A stretch of 64,000 nt of DNA from Octopus sinensis (GCF_006345805.1 NC_043011.1:21526464-21590463); one strand, 5' to 3'; counted from the stretch's first letter, positions 27,613 through 42,087 are shown. Numbers and translations are program-made. The notes: a model not told the origin generated them from the letters alone.

Positions 27613-30600
27613 AAGAAGAAGAAGAAGAAGAAGAAGAAGAAGAAGAAGAAGAAGAAGAAGAATCGTTATTATTATTATTATTATTATTATTATCATTATT
27701 ATTATTATTATTATTATTATTAAAGGCGGCAAGCTGGCAGAATCGTTAGCACGCCGGGCGAAATGCTTAGCGGTATTTCGTCTGCCGTTACGTTCTGAGT
27801 TCAAATTCCGCCGAGGTCGACTTTGCCTTTCATCCTTTCGGGGTCGATTAAGTAAGTACCAGTTACGCACTGGGGTCGATATAATCGACTTAATCCGTTT
27901 GTCTGTCCTTGTTTGTCCCCTCTGTGTGTAACCCCGTGTGGGCAGTAAAGAAATAGGTATTTCGTCTGCCGAAGGCGGTGAGCTGGCAGAAGCGTTAGCA
28001 CGCCGGGCGAAATGCGTAGCCGTATTTCGTCTGCCGTTACGTTCTGAGTTCAAATTCCGCCGACGTCGACTTTGCCTTTCATCCTTTCGGGGTCGATAAA
28101 TTAAGTACCAGTTACGCACTGGGGTCGATGTAATCAACTTAATCCGTTTGTCTGTCCTTGTTTGTCCTCTGTGTTTAGCTTATCAGCATTTCGACCTTCT
28201 TTACGTTTTGAGTTCAAATTCCATCGAAGTCGACATTGCTTTATTTTTATATCCTTTCGGGGTCAATAAAATAAGTACCAGTTGAGCACTAGGCTCGATG
28301 TAATCGACTAGCGCCCTTCCCTAAAATTGCTGGTCTTGTGCCAAAATTTGAAACCAATATTAGAAACCATTGTCATCTTATTTTCCAGATATGCTTGCAG
28401 TTCCTGATTTTCTAATTGGCGGTATGGAGAACTGGGGCCTTATTATATACAAAGAAACTGTGATGCTTACTGATGAAACTTCGGCTTCGCTTGACAAGAC
28501 GCAGTTAGTTACTACTATTGTATGCCATGAAATAGCTCATCAGGTAAGCAAGATCTGCCAAACAAAATTGATGAGTACTGAGGTGGTGTGAAATGTTACG
28601 AAGTGTTGTGAAACTGTGATATCTGGTCACAAGAGCAGAGATAAATTAAACAATTCTATGTAGATATGTTATGTGAATGGATGATCAAAATTGTAAAGCT
28701 GCGACGTAGATTGGTGATTTGTGCTTCTCAATGTTATTGTTGTTGTTATCGCTTTGTTTTGTTTTGTTTTGTTTTTTAATGCTAAGAGATCCCTGATTCA
28801 TGAAACCAGTGACCCGTGGATATGTTTACAAAGTCAGAAAAACAGAACAGCTCTCAGGACTTTCGGAAACATTTTTTCACGCTAAGAGTTTCTGAAGTAT
28901 GGAACAAACTGCTGGCATCAGTTGTTAGTTGTCGGAGCACTGCATCCTTCAAAACTTCCATGCTTCCTGAGATTCGCCAACACTACACCTGATTTTCTCC
29001 CCTCCATACACACGCAAGCACATATCTGACTCAAACACTGTTCACTTTCCAGACATTTGTACACTACTGCATATGCTTTATACGCACTTTTGACAAGTTG
29101 TGGTGCACCTGAGCACTGTATACAATAATTTCATTATTATTATTAAAGAGAATCCAACGATAACCATGCCAGTTCTTAAAATCATAGAGTGTGAGTTGAG
29201 AAAGATTTGACTATTATTTCTTGGAAGCAGAGCGACCATGTGGTTGTTGTTGTTGTTGAGCAGCCGTAATTAGTACTGGTGGCATAAACCTATGATAAGG
29301 AAGTAGCGACATTGTCTGCCTAAAAAAGAAACCGAATTTTTAAAATTTATCTCTTTACTAGCAGTATCGCCCGGCGTTGCTCGGGTTTGTTTCGACCCTT
29401 TAGAATTGTAATTTTTGAAAAGTTAAAATTTTGCATTATGTAGCTTGTTATTCTCTTTAAGTGAACATTTTTCTGGTTGAAATACACCGAAAAATGGCGA
29501 CACAACAGTAAAAAAATCGTAAAAAATAGGGATTTTCATAGAAAAAAAAGCACCTTTTTTATGTAAATAATTTTTGGTCTTAACATGGTCCGATTTCAAT
29601 TTTACCTTCTACGGAATGAAGAGCAAGCCTTCTGCCTTCTATCATACTCTCAATTTTGGTCAACTTGTGCCGCAGGGTCTCGGAGGAGATAGTGTTAGTT
29701 GAAGGCTACCAAACCTGCCACACACAGACAACTTCAGCTTTATATATATAGATTTGCAACACAATTACGAGGGTCGGTCAAAAGGTAATTTGCATTACTT
29801 CTTGACACACTTTTATATATACGGAGATAAGTCAAAAAGTAATGCAAATAAAAAACATTACTTTCTAATTCATTCTCGTAGATTTAATTTGAAAATAGTT
29901 CCCTCTACTTTTGATACAGACCTCCCAACGTTTTTGTTTTTTGTTGGGGTTTTTTTCCAGTTTTAGAACACCTGGTACATACTTTCAGTGATGGTGCACA
30001 GATCTGCGAACGATTTTGTTTTTCTATCATACTTTTGTAAATCAATAATCTTTCAGAGTGGATTTCAATTTTGGAAGCAAAAGAAAAAGCAATCCGCAGA
30101 GACCAAAATCATTTCATGCTTTCTCAAAATGTCACAGACAAGGGGTAACGTGTGAGCAGATACGTTGTTTGGGATACAATCTCTCCAAGTTTTGTTTCAT
30201 GTCACTTCAAAATGGCTATTAATTACAAACAGTTAAACAGTTTCTAGTAAACTAATGCGTTGGCATTTTATGAGACTGCGATAGTCGAACAAAATGAATC
30301 CTAGAATTCTGCAAAACAAATACATTTGTACCTTATAAAATAGGGCGATTTAATTTTTTTCATAAATCTGAGTATTATGATATTTGCCCCGTAAGAAATT
30401 CCAGAATATGGGGAACGTGATCAAATATGATGACATAAAAAATTGAATCTCAGCATTCAAACCCTTAAAAAGCTACCATTCCATGTCGAAATAAACTTCT
30501 CGGGAAGGCAAATTTGGATATACAACCGATATGGCTCCGCTGTCATCATCCGTCGTTCCAGAGTGGAAAGGCATCAAAACAAGGAGATATTGTCTCTCCA

Positions 30601-33600
30601 AAGTATCTCATCGCATGTCTCAAGAATTATTAATAATTTGTTAGAGTTAGCATAAGTCTATACATTTGAAACAAGTCATCTCTTTTATTTGATCGATTAT
30701 AACGACCTCGGAAGGATGGAAAAAATCTTTGATTGATTTTGGCGGGATTTGATTTCTGAACATAAAGCGTTGTCATTAAATACCACAAGGTATTTTCTCT
30801 AAAAATAACATCAACACATAGAGTGCTGGAAATTGCCAGTATCCGGAGTAAATTCGGTTTCGTCTGAAGCCTTCACATTTTATTGGAAGAACCTATGTTT
30901 TCTTTCACTCATTGGTAAGGCATCCATAGAATATATAACACATAAACAACAATAAGGAAGGATTCCTGAAACGAAGAAGCATTCCATTTCAGGAAATTTT
31001 CTCATCTGCTCAGTACTATTTATTTTAGACCTGGTTTTAACCAGGTCTAAATAAATCACACTTCTAAATTTTTTTATTCTTTTGTAGACATTTAGTGTTG
31101 AAACGATTTATGACAATATTTGGTAGAGTTCATGTTATTGATGTTATTTAGCCTCAGATTTATTTAGTGCTAGAGATCGATGTAATTTGAAACCTTATGC
31201 CCTAAGCTAGAAACCAAAATATCAGCGATAACGTATAAATATTTCAGGCAGTGTGTAATGCTACCTGTAGATGTAGAAGGTCATGTATTTATAAATAGAT
31301 CTACAATGTCCAACTAAGCTGACTTGTGGACTTAGGAAAAATGGTAGAGAAGTGGTTCTGAGTTGCAAAGGAGAGCAGAGAATGCTTAATCAACGATGTA
31401 TAAGAGACGTGTGAAAAAGAAGCTCTTTAAAAATTGTGGGACACATTAGTAAAGAGACCTGATTATGCTGTCTGGTAAAAGAAAATGGTATGATCAGGAC
31501 TAGAACATATTTGACCATTGTTCTGCTGGATCTGAGATGCTCTAGGCACAGCAACAACAACGGATCTGAATTAACAAAGTGTACTCTATATGGTTACCCG
31601 ACCTACTTGAAATACCAGCAACACTGCCTTCAAATTATACCTATGTTTTTAAAGGGTATATCAGACAATTTAGTCCAGGATGTACAGAAAATGGGATGGT
31701 TATCGATGGAACATTTTTGCTCACTTTTGCGTTTATTTCTACATCAATAATAAAAATCCCATCAATTACAATGTGTAACAGTCAGTAAGTGTTATTTCCA
31801 ATTTGCTTCTATCTAGAAATCAAAGGAAATGACTACTATTCCCTTCAAACTTTGCTTTTGTGACTTGGACATCAATATTTTAAAACTGGTCTATTTTCTA
31901 TTACATTTCGGATAGATTTAGCGCTGAGTTGCTAAAGCAAAAATATCGTTATAGCAAATATTCTGCTTAATACCACAAATTTACATGTCAGGTGCTTGAC
32001 CTTAAACCACTTGAGCATGTCCTTTAGTAGCTGACAATATATACATCTCAGGAGTATTGGGGAAGCATCATAGCTATGTGTTGAGAAGGATTCTTTGGGG
32101 GTTTGAATAAATGTAGCAAAAGTAATGTTTGAAGCTAACATTAGCCATTTTTCATACTTTCTAGCAGTAAGCAAATAGGAAATGATAGTTGCTACCCAAG
32201 GACAAAGATCGTGTTGCTGTGTGTGTATGTATGCTTGTGTGTGTGTGTGTGTGTATGTGTGTGTTTGTGTTTGTGTGTATAAGTTCCTATATGTACTTGT
32301 GTATAAGTCTGTATATGTAACATTTTTGTCTCTTTATCTATTTCAGTGGTTTGGTAATTTGGTAACCTTCAATGGTGGGACGATTTGTGGCTAAATGAAG
32401 GTTTCGCCACTTATATGGAGATTGTCGGAATTAACTTCATCAACCCGGAATGGAATATGGTACGAATTTTGATTTTAAAAGAAATACACGAACTGCACGC
32501 ATGAGCGCACGATCATCCCCATTCACAAATACACATGCACATATATGCACATACCATACACTTATGTACAAATACATACGCATATACAATCACATATACA
32601 CACATGCTCATATATATACACATGTACACACATACAGGCACATATTACTTGCAAACACATACACATATACACACATCTATGCATATATATATATAGTTAT
32701 ATATATATATGCACACAAATTCCGCCGAGGTCGACTTTGCCTTTCATCCTTTCGGGGGTCGATAAATTAAGTGCCAGTTATGCACTGGGGTCGATCTAAT
32801 CGACTTAATCCCTTTGTCTGTCCTTGTTTGTCCCCTCTATGTTTATCCCCTTGTGGGCAATAAAGAAATAAAAATATATATGCATACATTCATACACACA
32901 TACATACACACATGCATGTATACATAGACAAACACATATACAGACTTATACACAAGTGCATATAGGGACTTATACACATACACACACACACACAAGCATA
33001 CACACACACCCAGCAATATCTCTTAATGAGAAGACAGAGATATTGTCCTAACGTGGCCACCTACAGAAGTTCCTTTAAAAATACTTTCCCAATTTCAAGA
33101 TGGGGCCTAAACATCACTACTTAAATCGGATTCAAGAAACTGCCTTTGAGTAATTGCCCTTGATTTGCCGCCCTATACGATAGACACTATCCAATAACAA
33201 TGGTTTTGTAGGTCGCAAAAAGACCGATCACTTGACTAAAATGCGGGAAACTCTTAGCGACAATGTTGTTACTGTTTTCTAATGCATAGAAACATTATTT
33301 CGTGTATCTAGAGCTCTTTCCTGGTGTCTAAACACATAAACGTGTTGTGTGTGTGTACGTATGTGTGTGTGCATATATGCATGCGTATGTAGATGTGTGT
33401 ATATGCACATACATGCATGCATGCATGCATGCATACACGCGCGCGCAACGGGGTTCCTTCAGTTTCAGTCTACCAAATCCATCACAAAGCTTTGGTCGAC
33501 CTGGAACTCTATAGTAGAAGACACTTACCCAGCGTGCCAGGCAATGGGACTGAACCCGAAATCGTGTGGTAGGAACCAAACATCTTAACGACACGGCCAC

Positions 33601-33824
33601 GCCTGTCATTGATTTCATCTTAAGAAAATATCTTAACTTTTTTAAGCCGATCGTTTCCATTTTGGATCACACACACACACACACACACACATTTGTATTC
33701 ATTAAACAATACCAGTAAGTATACAGCAGATTGTAGAGTATACCTGGTTTCACACTACTCTTTCTGGCATTCTGTCCTGACTTGGAAGGTTATGCATAAA
33801 TGTGTGTGCGTGTATGCATGTACG

Positions 33825-33876
<52 letters not shown>

Positions 33877-34831
33877 TGTGTGGTGTGTTGTGTGTGTGTG
33901 TGTGTCTGTGTGTGTGTGTGTGTGATCCAAAATGGAAACGATCGGCTTAAAAAAATTAAGATATTTTCTTAAGATGAAATCAATGTTAAGATCTTTATCC
34001 ACCAGTGCAGTATTGAGCACTTCATTCTCATTGTTTGATTACATCGACACCAGCACTCATTTTATTTCATCGACCCCGAAAGGATGAAATGCAAAGTCGA
34101 CCTCGGTGGAATTTGAACTCAGAACGTAAAGACGGACGAAGTGCCGCTAAACATTTTGTTCGGCGTGTAAACGATTCTGCCAGTTCACCGCCCAGTATAC
34201 ATACATAAACATTATCATACATACATACATACATACATACATACATACATACATACATACATACATAACTTTCAAAAATAGTTTAGTGTATAAGTACATA
34301 TGCACCTATCTAGACGTACAACTATTTGTATGAATATACATACATGAAATTAAACATCTCTGCACATTCACTGACTCCAAACACTTGCACACATATATAC
34401 AATCATACATAACTACCCTCTTGATGTTGGAATTCCAGTGAAATAATTTAGAATCTACGTTAGAAGCCGCTCTTTCTCTATTGGCAAAGAATCTAGAAAT
34501 AAATCTTAATAACATACACATATCAAGTGAGTGAAAATTACAGAAGTCCCATTTATAGATATAAAACGTTACCACTGGTGGAGTTTCTGATCTCTATTTC
34601 TTTGCTGGCGGTGGGAGAGTTAAAATTCTGTTATACTGTTTATTGCATAGTAGTACTAGTAAATCTGAGAAACACACTATATGTCATATTTGAACATAGC
34701 CTGAATGTGATGTGAAAACTATTTTTTATTTATAGACTCCGATTTGCACTTTTATTTATTTATATGTATTTATTGCAGGTTAGTTTCTGATGAAAAACGA
34801 CTTTTGGTTATTTGGCTACTTACATGCTTGT

Positions 34832-34893
<62 letters not shown>

Positions 34894-35067
34894 GTGTGTC
34901 CGTTATATGCAACAGAAGCAGTGTTAGATTAAGATTACTCAATAAATTTACTTTTTCGCGATGTATTTACATTAAGCATGATACACAAATCTCTCTCTCT
35001 CTCTCTCTCTTTCTCTCATTCTCTCACATTATATATCTCTCTCTCTCTCTCTAGATTCATACATACA

Positions 35068-35153
<86 letters not shown>

Positions 35154-35171
35154 TCATACGTATATTTATAA

Positions 35172-35215
<44 letters not shown>

Positions 35216-38200
35216 GGTTGCTTAAATATCATTAATATAAAAGTTAGTCGTTGAATGAGTGGATTCTTTCTACTTTCTATTTTGGGCTATCCTAAGGTGT
35301 AAAATATTTTAAGCCAGATTTCCTAAATATAGCATAGTACCAAACTGTAATAAACTTGTTTTCCCTGCAGTATTTCTTTTAACATAAAGCAGAAAATTAA
35401 TTCTTTTGCACGCACAGGTGGCGGTGGATAGGGAGAGTTCTTTTTTTAGCGCAACGCAGTAAACTCATGGTTATTTTAAAGCTTGACAAGACATTGCGTT
35501 CTGTTCTTGACTAGGACGTCATTGCCGTAACCCTTTCACTGCGAAATTAAATTTCATGGTTATTCCAGTAACGATGTTAAACATCTATCAAAAAATATAA
35601 TTGGTATTTTCTGCAAGTCACGTTGCCGCAAAAAAAAAAATTGACGTATCTCCACAGAAAATAGTTTTTCAAACATGACATTCCTCGGCAAAAGATAGAT
35701 TGGTGTATAAAATTGCTTTCCGCAGGAAATGGTAATGAAATTTTGAGTGGATATATCTGATTTTCACAGTAAAATTGTTAATAAACAAACGTATGTGTTT
35801 TTTTTTTACCCTATCAATTAATGATGTATAAACTTAGAGCAGAATATTTTGAAGCACTCTCAGACTTTGGCGTCAGGGATGCTCTAGAATATTCCGGATG
35901 GGTACTAATTTCTAATATATTTCTTTACTACACACAAGGGGCTAAACACAGATGGGACAAACAAGGACAGACAAACGGATTAAGTCGATTATATTGACCC
36001 CAGTGCGTAACTGGTACTTAATTTATCGACCCCGAAAGGATGAAAGGCAAAGTCGACATCGGCGGAATTTGAACTTAGGACGTAGCGACAGACGAAATAC
36101 TGCTAAGCATTTTGCCCGACGTGCTAACGTTTCTGCCAGCTCGCCGCCTTATGGGCACTAATTTCTAATAATGCTAAAGTGGAGTTTCGAAATAAGTGTT
36201 TCACTGTAAATCTTAGGATGCACCATTGAAAAGTGAGCGGGGGTGCAATATCATCCAGTGAACATGGCTTAGAGACAATTAAAGCAAATTTTGGAAGAGG
36301 AAGCAAAAGATGAGATATGAAAGTTAAATTTGAGCTAAACGGAATTTGAACTCAAAACGCCTACATGAGTTTCTGAGTCTCATAAAGTTGATGTTTTGCT
36401 ATATACAAAATTACATTTCGTTAATCAACAATAAATCTCGTTTTCGTTAGTACACTAGTTTATCATCAACATCATGTACGTGATACCATAATTACGAACC
36501 ACGTCAATACAACTATTTCCCATTAGGATCGTTGTCATTATAAGCTTAAATAAAGAAAATAATTTTCTATTGGTTACCATAGTAACTATCTGTTGATGTT
36601 TTCTTAATAAAAGATGTAGGAAAAATTGTCAACATTATTACAGAAAGTAGTTCTTTATGAGAGAATGGCTATCATATCCGACAGGATGGAAACTAAATAT
36701 TCTAGTCAAAATAATGACTTCAAATATTCGTACATGGCCAAGCAATTTTTAAAGAGTGGATGGTCGATTACACAGGTTATCAAACCCGAAAGAATGAAAG
36801 CAAAGTTTGACCTCGACGGAATTTGAACTCAAAACGTAAGGACGGACGAAATGCCGATAAGCATTTTGTTTGGCGTGGTACCGATTCTGGCAGCTCACCG
36901 CCTTAAATATGGTTTCAAATTTTGGCACAAGGCCAGCAATTTGTCTCTTTTTCATTTTTTTTTTTTTTTAGGAGACGGTGTAAGTCGATTACATTGACCC
37001 CAGTGCTCAACAGGTACCTATTTTATCGACCACGACAGAATGAAAAACGTAGTCGACTTCGGTCGAATTTCAGGACAAAAAGAGCTGGAAAAAATACCGC
37101 TAAGCATTTTGACAGACGCACAAAGCATTCAGCTTATTCTAGTCTAAATAATGACGTCTACCTTCTTCTAGTCTAAATAATGTCGTCTAAATACAATACT
37201 CTAAATAACGTAGGCTAAATGCTATGGTCTAAGTACAATAGACTAATTGCGGTAGTCTGATTACTGTAATCAAATGTTCTGCTTTTCACCCTCCAGTTCT
37301 CAAACGTTTCTGTAATTTTCAGAGAATAATGTTGCCGTTTTGCTTAAATCTATCTTTTTATTCTTCTTTGCCACAGGATATTAAATTCTCTCGAGGAGTT
37401 GACGCCGCTTTGAGTAGTGATGACACCACCAGTTCACATCCGATTTATGTACCTGTTGCTCATCCAGGCGAAATTATGAAGATCTTTGATATAATATCAT
37501 ATCTAAAGGTGAGACATAATATTCCTTCCCTTCCAACATCAATTGTCCTTGATATTTCTTTTATGAAAAGGACCATCTAGAACACATGCGTAAAGTACTA
37601 GTAAATTCTAAGCTTATCACTGAATTTTAATAATGACGTATTTCGAACAGATATCATGGCATCATTATAAATTGATCTTAAACGAACCAACAGTGAATCT
37701 CTAAACCAGGTACGAACAACCTTTTACGAGAAGCAGACCGCATAAAACATGTTTCATCATCAGGTGGGCCGCATTCCTAAAAATATGCGGATCTTTTCGG
37801 TTTGAACGGCAGTTTTTAACATAATTTCTAAATCCTTAAAATCTTTTAAAATGTTTTAGCCCGAAGGCCGCGGCCATGCTGGGGCACCACCGCTGTTCTA
37901 AGGTAACTGTTCTAGGTAACTAAAAAAATGTCAAGCTTCGTATACTGGAAGAATGTGTTTATAAAACATCTTTTTCTCTTGGCTTTATTGAGAAATTTCT
38001 TTAGTTTGTAAGATATTTGTTGTTTTCTTTTCTTCAATTTCTGTAATTTCAACCAACCAGTGACGTCTATTGAGTTAAAAAGCATTCTGAGCCGTATGAA
38101 TATGTCCCTCGTTTAAGAAACAGATTGGGTTTATTTACATTTGTGAAGAAAGAAAGATACCCTTCACCCACCCCTAACCCTAACCCTAACTAACCCTAAC

Positions 38201-40563
38201 CCTAAAAGAGATTGAAATGTAATAGATCGATTCTAGGGTCATAATTATGGGTGACAATTTCATATGATACTGCTAGAAAAAACTGCCGTTCAAACCGAAA
38301 AGATCCAAATATTTAAGGTAATTTTTCGTTAGGCGTGCCGTTCTGAAATTCAAGCAGACCGCAGTTTGCCCATGACTGCTCTAAATGATGGCTCAGCATG
38401 CTAGAAATATCGATCAAATTTCTCTCAAAATACATCTACCATTTTAAAAACGAACATATTCGATAATGTAATCTGGGGTACACTGTTTCTGAAAAAACAA
38501 AAATCGGTTAAAATATGTGATATTCAGAAGTTAGATAATTTGGATCATAAGTCGAATGAATCAGAGATGATCTGAAGCTGAACAGTAACACATCTCATCA
38601 CAAAATATTTATAGGAACTAGTTATTAAAGTCTAAAGCTTAAGTTACCTTCAAATTGATAACAGTGTTTTCTTTCGAGGCATTAGACCAGTAGTTAGAGC
38701 GTCTGGTCCAGCTGATAAAATATAAACTCTAGTTCGACAATATCGCATGGAGAACGCTGGAGAGAATACCAATCAGAATGTTGTGTCGCAAACACGAGGA
38801 AACGAGAAAATATTCGAGAAGCAGACCAGAAATCAATATGAACAAGTTTCAAACGCGTGCGCGCATGCACACACACACATAAACATATAGTGAGAATTTA
38901 CAAAAAAAGAAACAAAAGATGAAGACGGTTGTGTAAACAACAAACAGATGTATTAGTTTAACGCTCGGGAAGTGAGAAAGTCTTTTACGTTTCGAGCTTA
39001 CGCTCTTCGACAGAAAGGAACACAGAAATAAACAGGGAGAGAAAATAGAAAAATGTTTAGTGGCTAGCGATCTATCATGGCGAATGCCGGACAGAGGGGT
39101 CACTCAGGAGAGTTAGGAAGAAGGGAAGATAAAAAAGTAATGGTGGTCCCAAAACGAAGGCGCGCGTGCGTGCTTATGTGAGAGCGTGTATGTGCCTGTG
39201 GTAGGGGGCTGGTGACATTGACGTGTGCATGTCTGCATGTGTAGGTGTGTGGATGATGGTGTAGATGCTGGAAAGTGGTCAGTGCTAGTGTGTGCGGGGT
39301 GGTGTGATGTGGTATGGTGTGATATGGTGGTGTGTGGTGTGGTGTTGTAGTGTTGGGGTGTAGAGAGGCGAGAGTGGGGGAAGCAAGGGTGGTGGTCTAA
39401 GGAATGGGTTGGGGTAGGATGGGGTGGTTGGAATGTGTAGGGTAGGGAGGGAGCGACGATGAAGGGAGAGTGTGGAAGGGAGAAGGTGGGTGGGAGTGAA
39501 GAGAGGAAGTAGGTGCCAGAGCAAGAGGGAGGATGGGTGGGAGGAAGTAGGTGTGAGAGGAAGAGAGGAGAGAGGAGGAAGGTTAGATGAAGAGGGGAGG
39601 AGAATTGAGCCCATGTGGTGCAAAGGAGCGAAGAGAGAAGATTAATCCCTGCTTACGGCGAAGACGGGAGTCCGGATGGCCCCTGTGCAAGGACAATCCG
39701 AACACAGACAAGTGTTGTAAAGAGTGCCCGGTAGGGCGGAAATGGTGCGAGACCGGGGTGTCGTTGCCGAGACGAATGTCTCGGAGGTCTTCCGTGAACC
39801 GGTCAGCCAAGTGACGTCCTGTTTGACCGATGTATAGAGAAGAGCAGAGAGAGCAGGTGATGCAGTAGATGACATTGCTAGAAGTGCAGGTGAAGGAGTC
39901 AGTGACATGATAGGGTCGATGATGGGTGCCTGTGAGGAGAGTGGTGTTGGAGATGTAAGAGCAAATGCGGAAGCTTGACCACGTATATGACCTAATTTTA
40001 GCGGCGTTTAGTAGAGAAGGTGTGTAGTTCTAGAGTCGAAGTTTCACCAAGTATAAAAATCAATGTGTATCGATGCATTGTATAAATGATTGAAGAACAA
40101 TATTAATTGTTTATCAAGATGACCATTTATATGATTATTACGTCAGTCGTTACAATATAGAAAATACAGCTTCCTCGTGTTGCAGTGTACAATTAATTTG
40201 TTGATCTCGAGTTCATTGTGTTGATAGTAAATTCATCTCTGAGTGTCACTACTACAGAGAGACGTAGTAATAAAATCTTGCTACGTAGAAAGGCTGATAG
40301 ATTTGCTGTCGCACGAGTTGACCAACATACTGAGAGAATTGCTATTCGAGCGATCAGAAGAGAGAGAACTTATTTGCTGGTGCGTTTCTATATATTCCTA
40401 ACTAAACTAGGTCAAGCCAAAAACAAAGGATTTCTCTTCTGCATCAGTTCTGGGCTATGTATGACTCGTAAAAGATCAAGAGGTCGGCTTATTTTCATAT
40501 ATTTCGTAAATTTCTCAGTGTAACAGTCTGGAACAATAAGCCGATGACTTCTGGGAAAATATA

Positions 40564-40599
<36 letters not shown>

Positions 40600-40750
40600 T
40601 GTATGTATGTATGTATGTGTGTGTGTATGTATGTATGTATGTATGTATGTATGTATGTATGTATGTACGTATATGTATGTATGTATATGTATGTATATAT
40701 ATATGTGTGTATATACATATATATATGTATATATATAAATGTATATATAT

Positions 40751-40784
<34 letters not shown>

Positions 40785-41219
40785 ATATATAATATATGTA
40801 TATATAGGCGTAGGAGTGGCTGTGTGGTAAGTAGCTTGTTTACCCACCACATGGTTCCGGGTTCAGTCCCACTGCGTGGCACCTTGGGCAAGTGTCTTCT
40901 ACTATAGCCTCGGGCCGACCAAAGACTTGTGAGTAGATTTGGTAGACGGAAACTGAAAGAAGCCCGTCGTATATATGTATATATACATATATGTGTGTGT
41001 TTGTGTGTCTGTGTTTGTCCCCCTAGCATTGCTTGACAACCGATGCTGGTGTGTTTACGTCCCCGTCACTTAGCGGTTCGGCTAAAGAGACCGATAGAAT
41101 AAGTACTGGGCTTGCAAAGAATAAGTCTTGGGGTCGATTTGCTCGACTAAAGGCGGTGCTCCAGCATGACCGCAGTCAAATGACTGAAACAAGTAAAAGA
41201 GTAAAAGAGTAAAAGAGTA

Positions 41220-41252
<33 letters not shown>

Positions 41253-41268
41253 TATATGTATATATATG

Positions 41269-41307
<39 letters not shown>

Positions 41308-41454
41308 ATGTGGTATTGGGCAGAATATTTGCTGTAGTCCATCTTTTATACCAACACAAAACATGTACATGACAAAATTTCCAATCAGTTAAGATGAGAA
41401 GTAATGAGAGCCAGTGCATCAGGGCATTTACTAATATTATTATTATTATTATTA

Positions 41455-41487
<33 letters not shown>

Positions 41488-41502
41488 CATTATTATTATT
41501 AC

Positions 41503-41549
<47 letters not shown>

Positions 41550-42087
41550 TATATATTGTGTGTGATTAGGTGTATGTGTGTTTACGAGTACATTTTGATT
41601 TTCTCGTCAGCTACAACGAGTTTCGTTATTTTTCTAATTATTATCAATTATGCTTTATAATCTTTCAATTCAGGGTGCCGCAGTCATTCGAATGATGGAG
41701 TTTTTCTTGGGTAGGGAGACCTTCGAAAAAGGTATAAATGTAAGTAGCAATCTTAAGACTTGTGATATTCAAAAGCTTGCTTCAATACTTATAATAAAAT
41801 GCATTGCCTTTGTATCCGTTTTTCTGCATAACCACCACATCACAACTTCTGAATATCTTACAACCACACCTGCTTTTTGTCATACCCACTATCTACAACA
41901 GTGGTTCGCAACTGGTGTCCATGTGACTCCTGGAGGTACTATATAAGATTTTTGGGGCGGGGTTCTCAGCAAACAAAATAGTAAATTGGGAATCAACAGT
42001 AGTATTTTAAGGGATCTTGTAAAAATGATGTTTTAGATCAATTTATTGCAGGAAACATGCTCAATGTGTGTAGTACTGAAATATATA

